A stretch of DNA of 63,384 nt, filler included, from Rhabdomonas costata (taxonomy: Eukaryota), in NCBI GenBank assembly GCA_019059605.1. It is 23 parts of 23 records of this genome, joined end to end, with 100 filler letters (N's around TTAATTAATTAA, not from the genome) between each part and the next. Parts side by side here need not be neighbours in the genome. Positions count along the whole stretch, not along the records: positions 24,857 to 27,517 come from JAHMHO010002446.1; positions 27,618 to 30,278 come from JAHMHO010002447.1; positions 30,379 to 33,040 come from JAHMHO010002448.1; positions 33,141 to 35,800 come from JAHMHO010002449.1; positions 35,901 to 38,558 come from JAHMHO010002450.1; 18 more parts are not named here. One strand, written 5' to 3'. Of this stretch, positions 24,972 to 35,925 are shown piece after piece. Positions within the stretch are counted from its first letter, which is position 1, and every line of letters begins with the position of its first letter. The position numbers and the translations under genes are program-made. Below the pieces are notes generated by a model that was given only the letters and a program-made list of their open reading frames with translations, did not search any database and was not told the origin of the DNA.

Positions 24972-25142
24972 GGACTTGACCACTTCATCGCGGGAGATTT
25001 GCAGCTGGCCGAAATGGCCTTCATGGAGGCCTCCGTCCTTGCGCCCGAGGACGGCCCCACGAAGCTTCTGCTAGAGCTCTGCCACGAGGGAAAGAAGCCT
25101 GGGGTGCGGTGGGACGGCGTGATCCGCTTTGAGCACAAGTAA
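24972..25142 (+). CDS. Last exon of a class III adenylate/guanylate cyclase-like protein
   Basis: GLDHFIAGDLQLAEMAF..PEDGPTKLLL..WDGVIRFEHK* matches the C-terminal helical/WDGV tail typical of class III cyclases. Confidence 0.65.
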   Translation, partial: GLDHFIAGDLQLAEMAFMEASVLAPEDGPTKLLLELCHEGKKPGVRWDGVIRFEHK

Positions 25143-26818
25143 ACTCATTCCGCTTTCCGTTTTGCTTTCTTGCACGGGAGCGTCATTTTGTTCGGCTGCC
25201 TTTCGCGGCCAGCTTGTCTGCTATTCTCCAGGATCTTCTCTATTCTCTGTTGACGTCATACCAAGTACGTCTGGTGTGCTGCCGAACTCTACAATCTACT
25301 TCTGTCTTCTATGCTGATCTTTTGTTTACTGATGCCGCTGCACAGTGGCAATGTAGTCCCAAAATGGGACAACACTTTTGTTGGTGTTGTGTGAGTTCCG
25401 TGAAAGTGACTCTGAAAATGACACTAGTTTTTCAGATGTCTTTTCTGGTGGTGTTTTCTTTGTTCTTTGTTGCGTGGGTGAGAAGGGTGAGAAGCTGGGC
25501 GTCCCCTTATGGGTCTCCCATTGTGTATGTCCACATGCTGTGTCATTGTTTTGCGGCCCAGACCTTTGTTGGGTTTGACGCGTCGGCCTAACAGTGGTTT
25601 GGAACCAACCCGACTGACGAGTTTGTTCTGCTTGCTTGTATGTGAGTGGGTAGATACCCCCACCGTGGCTCACTCCAAGAGGCTGAGGCTTGAAGGTGCT
25701 ACTGCTATTTCTCTGTTTGCGTGTGTGTGTGTGGGGGGGGTGCTTCGGTGTTTCTTTCTTTGGCTGGGAATTCTTCCTCTGCCTCTTTTGTACCAGAGGG
25801 ATGTGGAGGAAAGAGGAAGCCCTTTCCTGGGTTCCCCAGCTTCTCACAGGCTTCTTCTCGTTTCCGTCCTTCTGTGCTGGAAATGCTGTCAGCTGTCAGG
25901 ACAGTGATCGGGAGTGTGGCTGCTGGAGTTCCTTTCGTGCTTTGAGCTCAAGGAGGATGCAGGTTAATGATTTCCAGTCGAGTCCCGCCGAGCAGGGCAG
26001 CGGTGAGGAATGTTCAGGAACGTTGAGGTATGTAAATTTCGTAATGCTGTATACATCAGAAATGAGGACACTACAAAACGATACCCCATCCACCCCGACC
26101 TAACGGATTCTCGTCGCTTGTGCATCTCAACACCTTTTGGGTGGGAAGCTCTTGCCGGTGCTTGTTTTCGCCGTTTTGTGCTTGCGTGTGCGTGTGTGTC
26201 CATCGTCGGCTTCCGCGCTAATATTTATCCAAATTCAATGGATTTTTTTGCATCTCATGCGCATTCTCACGACGTTTTGGCCCACACGTCACGTCTTGTG
26301 TCATAGTGTGATGGGAGGAAAAGTCCCTGTGGGTTCGTCGTTCCTTCGGTCAACCCGGAATGATTTGGTGTCGCCCGGTGGTGAGACCCTTTCCACATTT
26401 TCTGCACGTCGCAAACGTACGCCAACCAGTTTTTGAAAGATTTTTCTCGTCATCCTTCGCGGCGAACGCCACCACTCCATCAGTGGATTTCGAGAACATT
26501 CCCAGGCCTTCAGGTTGGGTCTTCAGTACAATTGGAGAGATATCCTTCAGAAATCAAGCGGAAGTATTCAGCAATGGATCAATGGCAAGCGTAATCAGAC
26601 CAGGCATTTGCATTATTGGTTCTCCTTTCCCACTTATATGATGTGACACACGCGGTGTCAAAACGGTAGTCCAGTCTTCATTCAACTGCTTGGCCAAAGT
26701 CTTCGGTAGCTTTGGGGAATTAGCCATTTCAACGCTATACGGTACCTCACACACTCCTTTCATAAGTGCTTGCTGCGCTTTTCATTTTCTTAATTTGTTT
26801 TCTGTTACCCTTTCCCGG

Positions 26819-27106
26819 ATGCCCATGGACAATAATGTGGAGAGGATAAGCCTCTACCGTCAGCACACCACCAGTCCCCTGGACTCCCCATCCCACCCAA
26901 TCCACCGAAGGCCCACTGTGACCACTCTGCAGGAGGGTCCTGTGGGGACGGTAACGGTAAGTCCCAGGCTTCCTCTGAAACTGTTGATTGTGATCGCGAT
27001 GTGCATGTTCACCGTGGGGCCTGCAATTGCGCTGTGGATGGTGTCCTGGCAGGCAGGCAACAGTGGCATCAACAGCATTAACCATCAGGGCCAGAGCTCA
27101 GTGGAG
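26819..27106 (+). CDS. First exon of a membrane protein (possible receptor cyclase or sensor kinase)
   Basis: ATG at 26819 after a pyrimidine tract. Hydrophobic segment LKLLIVIAMCMFTVGPAIALWMVSW; GT donor at 27107. Confidence 0.5.
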
Positions 27107-27826
27107 GTCTGCATTTTTCTTGACACTGCGCCTTCGTGATCACTCGTTGTACCAAGGTAGGCTGCAACCCTAACAATCCTGACGATTTTCGAGCAATATG
27201 GACTGTCGAGAACGCACTGCGAATGATATGATGTCCAAACCGGTTTGAGAAGGATCAAGCGAGATCTTCGGAACTTCTCCCGTAACCTCTGCAACACATC
27301 TGCCCCGCGTTAGCAGGTGCAGTGTTCCGTTCTTCGCTAATTGTGAAGCATAGGGATTGTCGCGCAAGGTCGCGTGAATATTGCATTAAATGGATTAGGA
27401 TGATGAGTTCAAGTTTTTGATCGGTGCGAACGGTACGGTATGACTGCCCCCGTGCTAACGGGTGCAGGTGCTTTTCCGGGGCTGTACAGGGAGGCCTCGC
27501 AAAGGCGACCCCACACCNNNNNNNNNNNNNNNNNNNNNNNNNNNNNNNNNNNNNNNNNNNNTTAATTAATTAANNNNNNNNNNNNNNNNNNNNNNNNNNN
27601 NNNNNNNNNNNNNNNNNTTTTTGGGGGTTCCCGGAGGCGCTGAATCTGAAAGCTGCGTCAACTGTTAGCCAGCGACTTTCTCTCTCTCTCTCTCGTCCTC
27701 CAAGTGGACTTGAGCAAAGCTTTCAGCAGGGTAGATGGGTGAGCTCCTTCGGCAGCAGCCTGCTGCCCTGCACCACTGGGCAGCTGGTCCACTTCTGCAC
27801 TTCTGCGACGGCCGTCCTCATTGCAG

Positions 27827-30270
27827 GTCAGGAGTTCCTGTCTTCCCAGCAAGGGGCTCAACCGTCGCAATTCATCCCAACCTCCGAGAGCTGGAGCAAA
27901 CGTGCGGGGTCTCCTGGCAGTCATTGTTTCTTGAATATGGCGTGCTGGTGGGGTCTTTTGATGACCTGTCCGCCCTCTTGAGTTCTTGTCCGCTCGATTC
28001 CGCGAACTGAAACCCGACGTAAACCTGCAGAAATGCCAGATGTGGAGCCCGGCCGGCCACCCAGCAGGATCCCCCCTCCCCAGTCCCGGTGCCAGGAGCC
28101 GAAGCCGTCAACACCGAACAAGCAGAGGAAAAGCACCTGAGCGAGGTTGTGGCCTGGAAACTCCGGAGGTTTGGGAAGCGGCGGACTGCGAAGCTGTTCA
28201 ACAACGTCGCCCACCCAGAGACTGTGGGTGGGGTCCGGCACACTCCAGCAAGAGTGCTAGCAGCGGTCAACAGTGTCGATGCGGAAGGCCCTCGCCCCAG
28301 CCGCCTTGGTACTTTGTAGAGGCCTCAGTTCGGGAGGTCACCCCCTCTGGATGAAGGCGGCCTTCGGCCGCCTGAAGCTCCCTTGTAGAAGCAGTAAAAC
28401 AGGAAACTGCAGGAAGCTCTGTCTGGGAATTCATTTTTCGTTTCTCGCTCTCGCGGGGTTAGTCCCGTGGGAGAAGGTATTGCGCTTGGGATCCCAAAAA
28501 AGCTGGTCAAACAAACTTAAACCAACCCGACAGGAGGGCCTCCGGGAGTCACCTTTGTCACCTTTGAACAGGAGATTTCCCATGAGAGGGACAGGTTGCT
28601 GCTCGTCGCGGACAACAAAGTTGCGTGTTGCATTTAGCATGGTAAAAAACCGAGCAACCTCCTACCTTTGGGCAAATGTCGGGCAATAAGGGGCAATTAG
28701 GGGCAGCGCAAGGCGACACGTGTGCAGCATCTTCTTGGTGTTCCTGTCGTACGCCTTCGATCGTAGGGGTGAACACAGCACTCGAAAACCAGTAAAGCAC
28801 ATTCGTCCGGCTGCGGTTGCTCGGAACTGTAGCAGCAAGATAGTCAGCAGACCAAGGCGCAGTAGACTCTCCATAAAACCATAGCACATAGCAGAAGCAG
28901 AGAGCAGGTTGGGATGGTTAAATTCCCGAAAAAAGCCAGAGAGCAGACTGGGGAGCCCCAGCCCGAGCAGCGAGCTTTGACTTTCCTTTTTTCCGTTTTT
29001 TCCGTTTTTTTCTCAGGGTTGAAGACATTGTCGGAATGGATGGTAACCAACTCTGCTCAGCATGTCACAGTGATCACTACGTGGCGTGAAGAGTTGGGGA
29101 GGTGCCACCCCCGGCAGATAGAGCTCTTCCTCCGGCTACTTACCCAGGTACTTCGGCACAAAGACGGAAAGGAATACCTGGCCTACAGCCGGGGAATCAT
29201 TGAGGATGCGGTTGCCGCGGCTCTGCGCAACATCTCCACCAAGGCGTGTTGTTTGTGGTGCGAAAACTGGGTTTGTTTGCTCACAGAGCTTTTACACAAC
29301 CGGCGAATGTTTTTTGTAGGATGAAGAAGTGTTGAACAAAGTTCATGAAGTGGTGCAGCTGTGGCACAGCAGGGAGATTTATGGGCCCGCCGTTGGAGAA
29401 CGGCTCCAGAAGTCGCTCGCCGGGCGCCGGAAACAGATAGAGCCCATCCGCAACGAGCCCTCTGTGCCAGGGCCCGTGGCGGAGCACAACCGTAACCTCA
29501 ACCACCCTGAGCTCGACATAGAATTTAGACTGTTCGAGGTCGGAGCAGGTCGAAGTTGGGCGGACATTGTGGACGACGACATCCCCGAGTACGACCCGTC
29601 CTCTCCGTCCCGACGGACAAGTCTGAGTGCTCTTGAAATCCTCTCAACTTTCTGCAAGGCTATTGTTGAGTTCCTCAAGCGTCCACAGCACAGCGCAACC
29701 CTCAGACCAACAGTGTTCTTTGCTAGTGGCAGGGTAAACAGGTAGTTAGCAAACGCAGCCGGTAGGTGCAGGTTGATGGTTCAGCCAACACTGTTCTTTG
29801 CTAGTGGCAGGGTAAACAGGCCGTTAGCAAACGCAGCCGGTAGGTGCAGGTTGCTGGTTCAGCAAAAGCACTGCTGTGGTGACTTACACTCACGTGATCT
29901 CCTCTTCTTGAGTTGTTGCTCCCTCTGCTTCTTGTGTGGATTCCTACTGTCCTCTGTTGAGACTAAAAGATCAGGCAATCAGAGACAAACAGGATACCAA
30001 GGTTGGGTTGATCGAGTTGAACCCAACCGAAGTTTGAAAAATACAAAAACAAAGCAGCGTTGACAAGAGCACGGCAACCCGTTGATAAGCGTGTGAAACT
30101 CAGTCCCAACTCTCACCTGCATTCCTTGCCTTTCGATTCAAAAAAAAGCCTCCCTTTTTGGCTCTGCTCGGCAGGCATCTCTGAGGGAGGTGAGGGGTCC
30201 TCCCCCACGCACCTCCGCCTGACCACTGCGGAGCACCTGAACTCCCTCAACGGCCGGCAGCAGCAGCAAC
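27827..30270 (+). CDS. Protein with an RNA Pol II CTD-interacting (CID/RPR) domain, internal fragment
   Basis: Exons ~27827-27901, 28031-28308, 29017-29243, 29320-~29620 and ~30175 onward. LKTLSEWMV..VITTWREEL..LFLRLLTQV..VVQLWHSREIYG resembles the RPRD1/Rtt103 CID. Intron 29244-29319 is GC-AG. Confidence 0.6.
29707..29862 (+). repeat. Two-copy 78-bp tandem duplication (intronic)
   Basis: ccaacaStgttctttgctagtggcagggtaaacagg..gttagcaaacgcagccggtaggtgcaggttgMtggttcag starts at both 29707 and 29785, with about 4 mismatches. Confidence 0.95.
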
Positions 30271-30384
30271 ACCACCACNNNNNNNNNNNNNNNNNNNNNN
30301 NNNNNNNNNNNNNNNNNNNNNNTTAATTAATTAANNNNNNNNNNNNNNNNNNNNNNNNNNNNNNNNNNNNNNNNNNNNGTGGGT

Positions 30385-30509
30385 GTTGGGGTGTTTTGCT
30401 TAGTTGCGGTAAACCCTCCGCTGCCAACTCCGTCAACTCTGGTACCACCCCAAAGACATCCTTCGTGTGGCAGCGGAGGGTTTACCGCAACTAAGCAAAA
30501 CACCCCAAC
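30385..30509. repeat. Perfect 42-bp inverted repeat at contig start
   Basis: 30385-30426 is the exact reverse complement of 30468-30509, with a 41-nt loop. Confidence 0.95.
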
Positions 30510-30654
30510 CCTCACCCCACGCCGAACGGGGGCCAGGCAAATGGCCCAGATCTGCAACCTTGTACAGCCATATGCGACAAGGGATAGCATGACAAAGTCA
30601 ATGGGCTGTGATCTGTGGAAACACAGAGTCCGGGAATGTACACGACGCACGTAC

Positions 30655-30795
30655 CACGCTCATCTCCACGTTCTTCTCCATGCAGAACGCAAAGTGGATC
30701 ACCATCTGGTTCTCCGGGGCGTCATTGCGCAGCCAGAACACGTCGAAGTCCGAGAGGGTCTTCTCGTCACGCCGCAGAGGCTTTTGGGAGGCCAT
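30655..30795 (-). CDS. Wax ester synthase/DGAT (WS/DGAT, WSD), first exon
   Basis: MASQKPLRRDEKTLSDFDVFWLRNDAPENQMVI resembles the WS/DGAT N-terminal LSxxDxxFLxxE.P.NxMxI motif; GT donor at 30654. Confidence 0.65.
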
Positions 30796-32101
30796 CCTTT
30801 GTTACCTTTTTCCCTTTCGCCCGAGGTGCGGCAGCGGCAAAAACAAGGAGGCTACAGGCACGGATCTGCACAAGAAATGTAACTAAGGGGTGGGGGTGCT
30901 GGACAATAGCATGCTGGGCATGGAATGCTATTTGAGTCCGAGGGTATGATTTCATTTCATGATGCCCTGACGTTTCTCTCAACAAACCCGTTCCAATGAC
31001 AATATGCCAACGGATACTGTCTCTTACGCCCCAGCAGAAGGCCGAATATTCCTGATAACCACCTTAAAAAGGTCGGTGAAGGTATGAAATATGATGACAG
31101 TAAGTTAATTCCTAAACAAACTTCGAACTTAAGTTAATTCCTAAACAAAAAACTTCGTTTCTTAGCCCCAGAGGGGAAAGAGAAATGAGGCACGCGAATG
31201 TGGTGAAGAAGCAACGAATCACCCACGCCCAGGTGGCATTGATTGTCAGGGAAGGGAAGGCGCCCACGAGAAAGGCTCATGAGTCACCTAACAAATCTGG
31301 GAGGGAAGGCGACCTGTAACCTCCAACAAATAAAAACGCAGAAAGAAAGGAAGTGTGCCACCAACCAACGACCACGCAACCCGGCCTTACGGAAGTCTTA
31401 CGTAGAGGTGAAGAGAAAGATGAACACAACACCGTTCGCACGCACACACACAAACTTTCACTTCGGGAATGCTTTGTACCCTGCAGAGGGATAGGGGGAG
31501 GCGGAGTGGCTCTGGGGCTTGCTAAAGACCCGGGGCCCTTCGCCCACTCCCTTCCGCCGGTCTAATGGGGGGCAAGCGTGTCGGTCTATACCAACGGATC
31601 CCAACCAACCCAAAAATGGATGACACACGTATACGAGAGATGTCCCGTATATAAGTATGAGTATGTATGTGTCGTGTTCGCCAGATGTAGCCCGTCCACC
31701 GATCCCCACTCCCGCGAAGGAAATACTGCTGCTTTATCAGGATGAATGTCTTAGTTATTTTGGTGGCACATGGAAGCTGCTGGCCTTTCTGGTATCCCGC
31801 TATGGATTTTGGAGCAAAGACCGCAGGGCCGGACAGATCAACCAACTTCACCAGCGCTGCCCCATTTCAAAACCCTGGCCGGAATCGCCACCGTTAAATA
31901 TTCTGAAAGACAACAGGAGAGTGCATCAAATGGAAATGTTTCATTGCAAAATCGCATTGCATTACACTGATGCATGATTAGATGAAATGAAGTGGGGGTT
32001 GGGCATCATCTTGGCGTTTCCTTGCCTTGTGTGAGGTTTGTAAAGGGCTGAAGTGCTGGATCAATTCGGCCGTCGGCTCCATGCTTGAGCCCTGCTGGGT
32101 C

Positions 32102-32260
32102 TCAGTGGCTGGCCTTTGATGCCTTGCTCCCAGCCAGCTCCGTGGACATCGCCTTCCACTCCTGCCGGAAGCAATCTGCCAGCTTGGGCAGGTTGGGGAC
32201 CTGCGTATTATCCGCGATGAGGCCGACGTTCAGCTTGCCCAAGTAGGATATCAGCGAAAC
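32102..32260 (-). CDS. Wax ester synthase/DGAT (WSD), last exon of an upstream paralogue
   Basis: VSLISYLGKLNVGLIAD..VPNLPKLADCFRQEW matches the WS/DGAT C-terminal (DUF1298) motif SYxGxLxxGxxxD; TGA at 32102. Confidence 0.75.
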   Translation of the reverse strand, partial: VSLISYLGKLNVGLIADNTQVPNLPKLADCFRQEWKAMSTELAGSKASKASH

Positions 32261-33441
32261 CTGGGCAATTCCCACAACCCGTAGCGGGATAGAAGCGCTT
32301 AGCCATGCTGAAACAAAGTGACGCAAGTGAGGGGGAGCTGCAGACGGCGATTTTTTCGCATTGTTTGTAGATGTTCCAAAGTTGGCGAAAAACAACAGAA
32401 TGCAGAACCATTCCACGAGGTGCTCTGGGTTGTTATTCAATCCAGAAAAACGAACGAACTGCTGAAAGGCTGGCAACGGACCATGAGAAAAAGATTGGAT
32501 ACTGTCACCCATTTAAAACAAAAACGCATTTCTCAATCACAATAATCGTCCGTCCGCCACAGTCCAACCAGACAGGGAACTGTCAGCCGGGCAACTTGCG
32601 GGATACTGATAGTGACCTTTGGCATTCTATCTCTGAGCTCTGAGAAGGGCCCAGAGATAGAAGCGCAGTGCTTGATTGGGTGCATTGGCTAGGAATGCGG
32701 GACCGAGCGCGTATGTCTCCCTAGGTGTGTTTGTGTGTGTTGGACGCATTGGCTGGTTTACCGGCCGCTGGCTGTTGCCTGGTTTACTGGTTGATGGTGA
32801 CCACTCTAGACTGACTGGCGCACGTGCTGTTGGCCACGGGTGCTCGCGGTGCCTCGAGGTGCCGTTGGAGCGAGCGGTGCCGTGGGGAACCGGAACCGGC
32901 TCACTGCCGAACGTTCCACATCTGGTAACCTCCTTTCTGCCCCACACAGGTCCCGGGCCTTTGTCGCGCAGCTGCTCTTTCCGGCGGCTACCTGCATTGT
33001 TCCATTCCTGCTCAGGTCTCTGAGACCCCACACACCCACANNNNNNNNNNNNNNNNNNNNNNNNNNNNNNNNNNNNNNNNNNNNTTAATTAATTAANNNN
33101 NNNNNNNNNNNNNNNNNNNNNNNNNNNNNNNNNNNNNNNNGGGGGTGGTGTGGACTGGGTCGGCATGTGTTTGCGAGACCCAGCCTCATGTGTGCATCTA
33201 TGATAGTCAGTGATCTGAAGAAGCTAAATGGTGACTCCTTGGTGCTGTAGTCGTAACTTTTGCCATCAACGTCACAGGGAATGCCAGGTGGGTGAATCAG
33301 CCTCTTATCGGCCACAGTTTGGAAGATCGCAGACGAGCATCCGAGGGGGCACACGAGTTGCGTCACTTGAGCCTTAGAAACGGCTCGAGGGGTGAGTGAG
33401 TCAGTATGTATGCGTGTGCACGGATGGGTGTGGATGGATAC

Positions 33442-35345
33442 CTGCAAAGCTGCAGCGCCATGCTGACCACGTTGGCCTCGGACGGGGCGAAGAGGACGCG
33501 GCAGCGGCCCCTGAGATCCCGCGGCGCCAGCTCACGCAGCCTTCGCGCCAGCGCGATGCTGACCTCACAGGTGAACCGCCGCGGGCAGTACGACAGCGTA
33601 TCTGCGCCGAACCCCACCACCCACACATCTATTGCTTCAATACGTAAGTATGGTACTCATGGATGAAGACCTAATGTGGCTGTGACGCGTCCAAAAACAC
33701 TTCGCCAGGAGCAAGGGGTGTGGCTCTGGCACTCCAAACCCACAGACACATGTGCACAAGGTATTGTTGTTGTGCAGGTCTATCTGCCCCAGCGGGGTTT
33801 TCGAGTCTCCCCATTGGTGGCTTCTGGTGGCTTCTTGGGGGACTCGGATCACCCCTCTGCTGCTGGGCGGGGGTCCTTGAGAAACCCCAATCGCGCAGTA
33901 AGCGGCGGATTTGAGGAGCTCCAACTCTCTGCGCTCGTCCAGCCTTGCCTTGATGACTTGAATGCCCTTTTAGCCTCTTCAGCCTGGTTTGTGGTTTAGA
34001 CCAAAACTGAGAAAGAGTGCTGCACTTAAGCAAGGGCTCAAAACGTGCTTCCTTTCCGTTTCCCTTTCGTTCGCTGCACTCGAGGAACAAAGATTCCGAT
34101 CCTGAGCAACGGATGTGAGCGACGGACTGGGGAGACAGGCCGAGGTCAGGCACACACACACAGACACCAAGCTGGGCCTTCACCGCGGCAATGACCTTGG
34201 GGTGGGAGTAGCCAATTTGGTGGCAGGTGTCCCCGTGAAAGTCGCACACATACCTGAGAGAGAGTAGAGAGCCAGGCGCCGCACTTCTGGCTTCTCTGCG
34301 CGCCTGTATATTGAGGTGGGCGCACCTCACTATACGGGTGGGAAGCTGGGCTTGCTCAAGGCTTGTTCCTGCAAGACCACTCTTCATTCACCCCACCCCA
34401 CAGAGGACTAGAATTTAAATCTCTACTGCAGTCACAGTCAGCGAAAGCGGACACACACGCCCCCACGTGAGTACCGCAAGCTGTTAGTTCTTGTTACTTG
34501 TGAAAGGATGTGCCGCAGCCACCCTACCAACAGAACAGAACGGAATCACGGTCAGCACGAAATGTTGCCCCTCCCCAACCTCAAGATACGAGACCTGCCC
34601 TGGCCATCCACGAGGTACAGCCCGTCACACCCCGACAGGATGTTCACGCACGGCGTGGAGAGGGTCTGGTGCAGGAAGAGGTCTGCGTCCTGCACGAGGC
34701 ATCGCCACACCACGATAAATAAAAACCACAGTATGAGTGAGTAGGGGCTGAGTGTGAAGGACTGTGCTGGGTATTAAACGGCGAGCACGGTTCACCGAAC
34801 ACGGGGCCCAAAGTTGCAGAAATCCCAAAACGACACGGTTTTGGAAGCGAGTGAAATACAGCCCTTGTCTCAGTCCCCACCAACTGGGAGATCCACATAA
34901 AAGAAAAACCAACAAGCGGCGTCACGAATAAGGCACGCAAGTAAAAGACGACGACACCAGTGGTGCCTGTCCATAAAAAAAACCCACTGGAATACCGGGG
35001 AGCGAGCGACTCCTTGAACCCACTGCAAAGTGTAGACGGGCAACAATGGCGTCCAAGAGCCGTCCACGCCCTCATACATTCCCTCGTACAAGGAAATCGT
35101 GAATTTTTGGTCCAGGGTTTCAAGATTCAAGGGGAAAACTGGGGACCCCCTTTCCCGTTCCCCTTCCTCACATAGGGAGAGAGATGCGCGGCGATGGACG
35201 ATTGGCCCGGTACCTCCTGAAGCTTCTGCATGGTCTCCGGGCTGTGGTGGGCCTCTTGCCAGGACTGGCGGGTGGGGGAGGTGCTGACGTCCCCCACGGA
35301 CCTGGCAAGGTCCACGGCGCCCATGGGGGGGCTAGTGGTGCTCAT
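33442..35345 (-). CDS. Class III PLP aminotransferase-fold enzyme, PbfA-like ((R)-1-hydroxy-2-aminoethylphosphonate ammonia-lyase family), 5' part
   Basis: Exons 35345-35214, 34689-34595, 34253-34168 and 33601-33442, GT-AG and in frame. Translation RSVGDVSTSPTRQSW..DADLFLHQTLSTPC..DFHGDTCHQIGYSHPKVI..LSYCPRRFT..RVLFAP. Confidence 0.8.
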
Positions 35346-35925
35346 CTGTGCTGTCCCGTCACCACCACCACCACTACCACCACCACCAATGGCCTCGCTC
35401 TTCGTTGCGCTGCAACAGTCTCTCAAAAAAAAAACACAAAGGTGAAGAGAGAAAAACGGCTGAATGCTTAAGGGCAGAAATGAACGGAAAGTGGAACCAG
35501 CAAAAAAGAAAGGACATTAACGCACCGTTTTCCACGGCGACCTCAATTGGGTTGCAGAGAAAAATGATACGCCAGTTTCGCGCGATGTTCAACGGTAGTT
35601 CAAACCTTAGAAGAAAAATTAGAAGATACACAATATGGCCCGCTTTTGCTAATGTCAAAAGCTTGCACGGAGGAAAACGAGAGAGCCAGTGCACCTCCGT
35701 TACCTTGGAACTGTGTACAAACAGAAGGTCACCACCTTCAACCTCATTGTCTCTGGCCCACACATCAGAAGCTTTCGGTGACACCTGGGCGATGGCGCGG
35801 NNNNNNNNNNNNNNNNNNNNNNNNNNNNNNNNNNNNNNNNNNNNTTAATTAATTAANNNNNNNNNNNNNNNNNNNNNNNNNNNNNNNNNNNNNNNNNNNN
35901 GGTGGGGGTGCGGTGGGTCTCTCAG

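Noticed and set aside
31101-31158. 20-bp direct repeat taagttaattcctaaacaaa x2, plus scattered (CA)n/(GT)n/(GGT)n microsatellites
   Set aside because: Ordinary slippage repeats with no array structure.
31522-31977. Overlapping ~105-aa ORFs between the two WSD genes
   Set aside because: No motif, no consistent splice signals and no recognisable homology.
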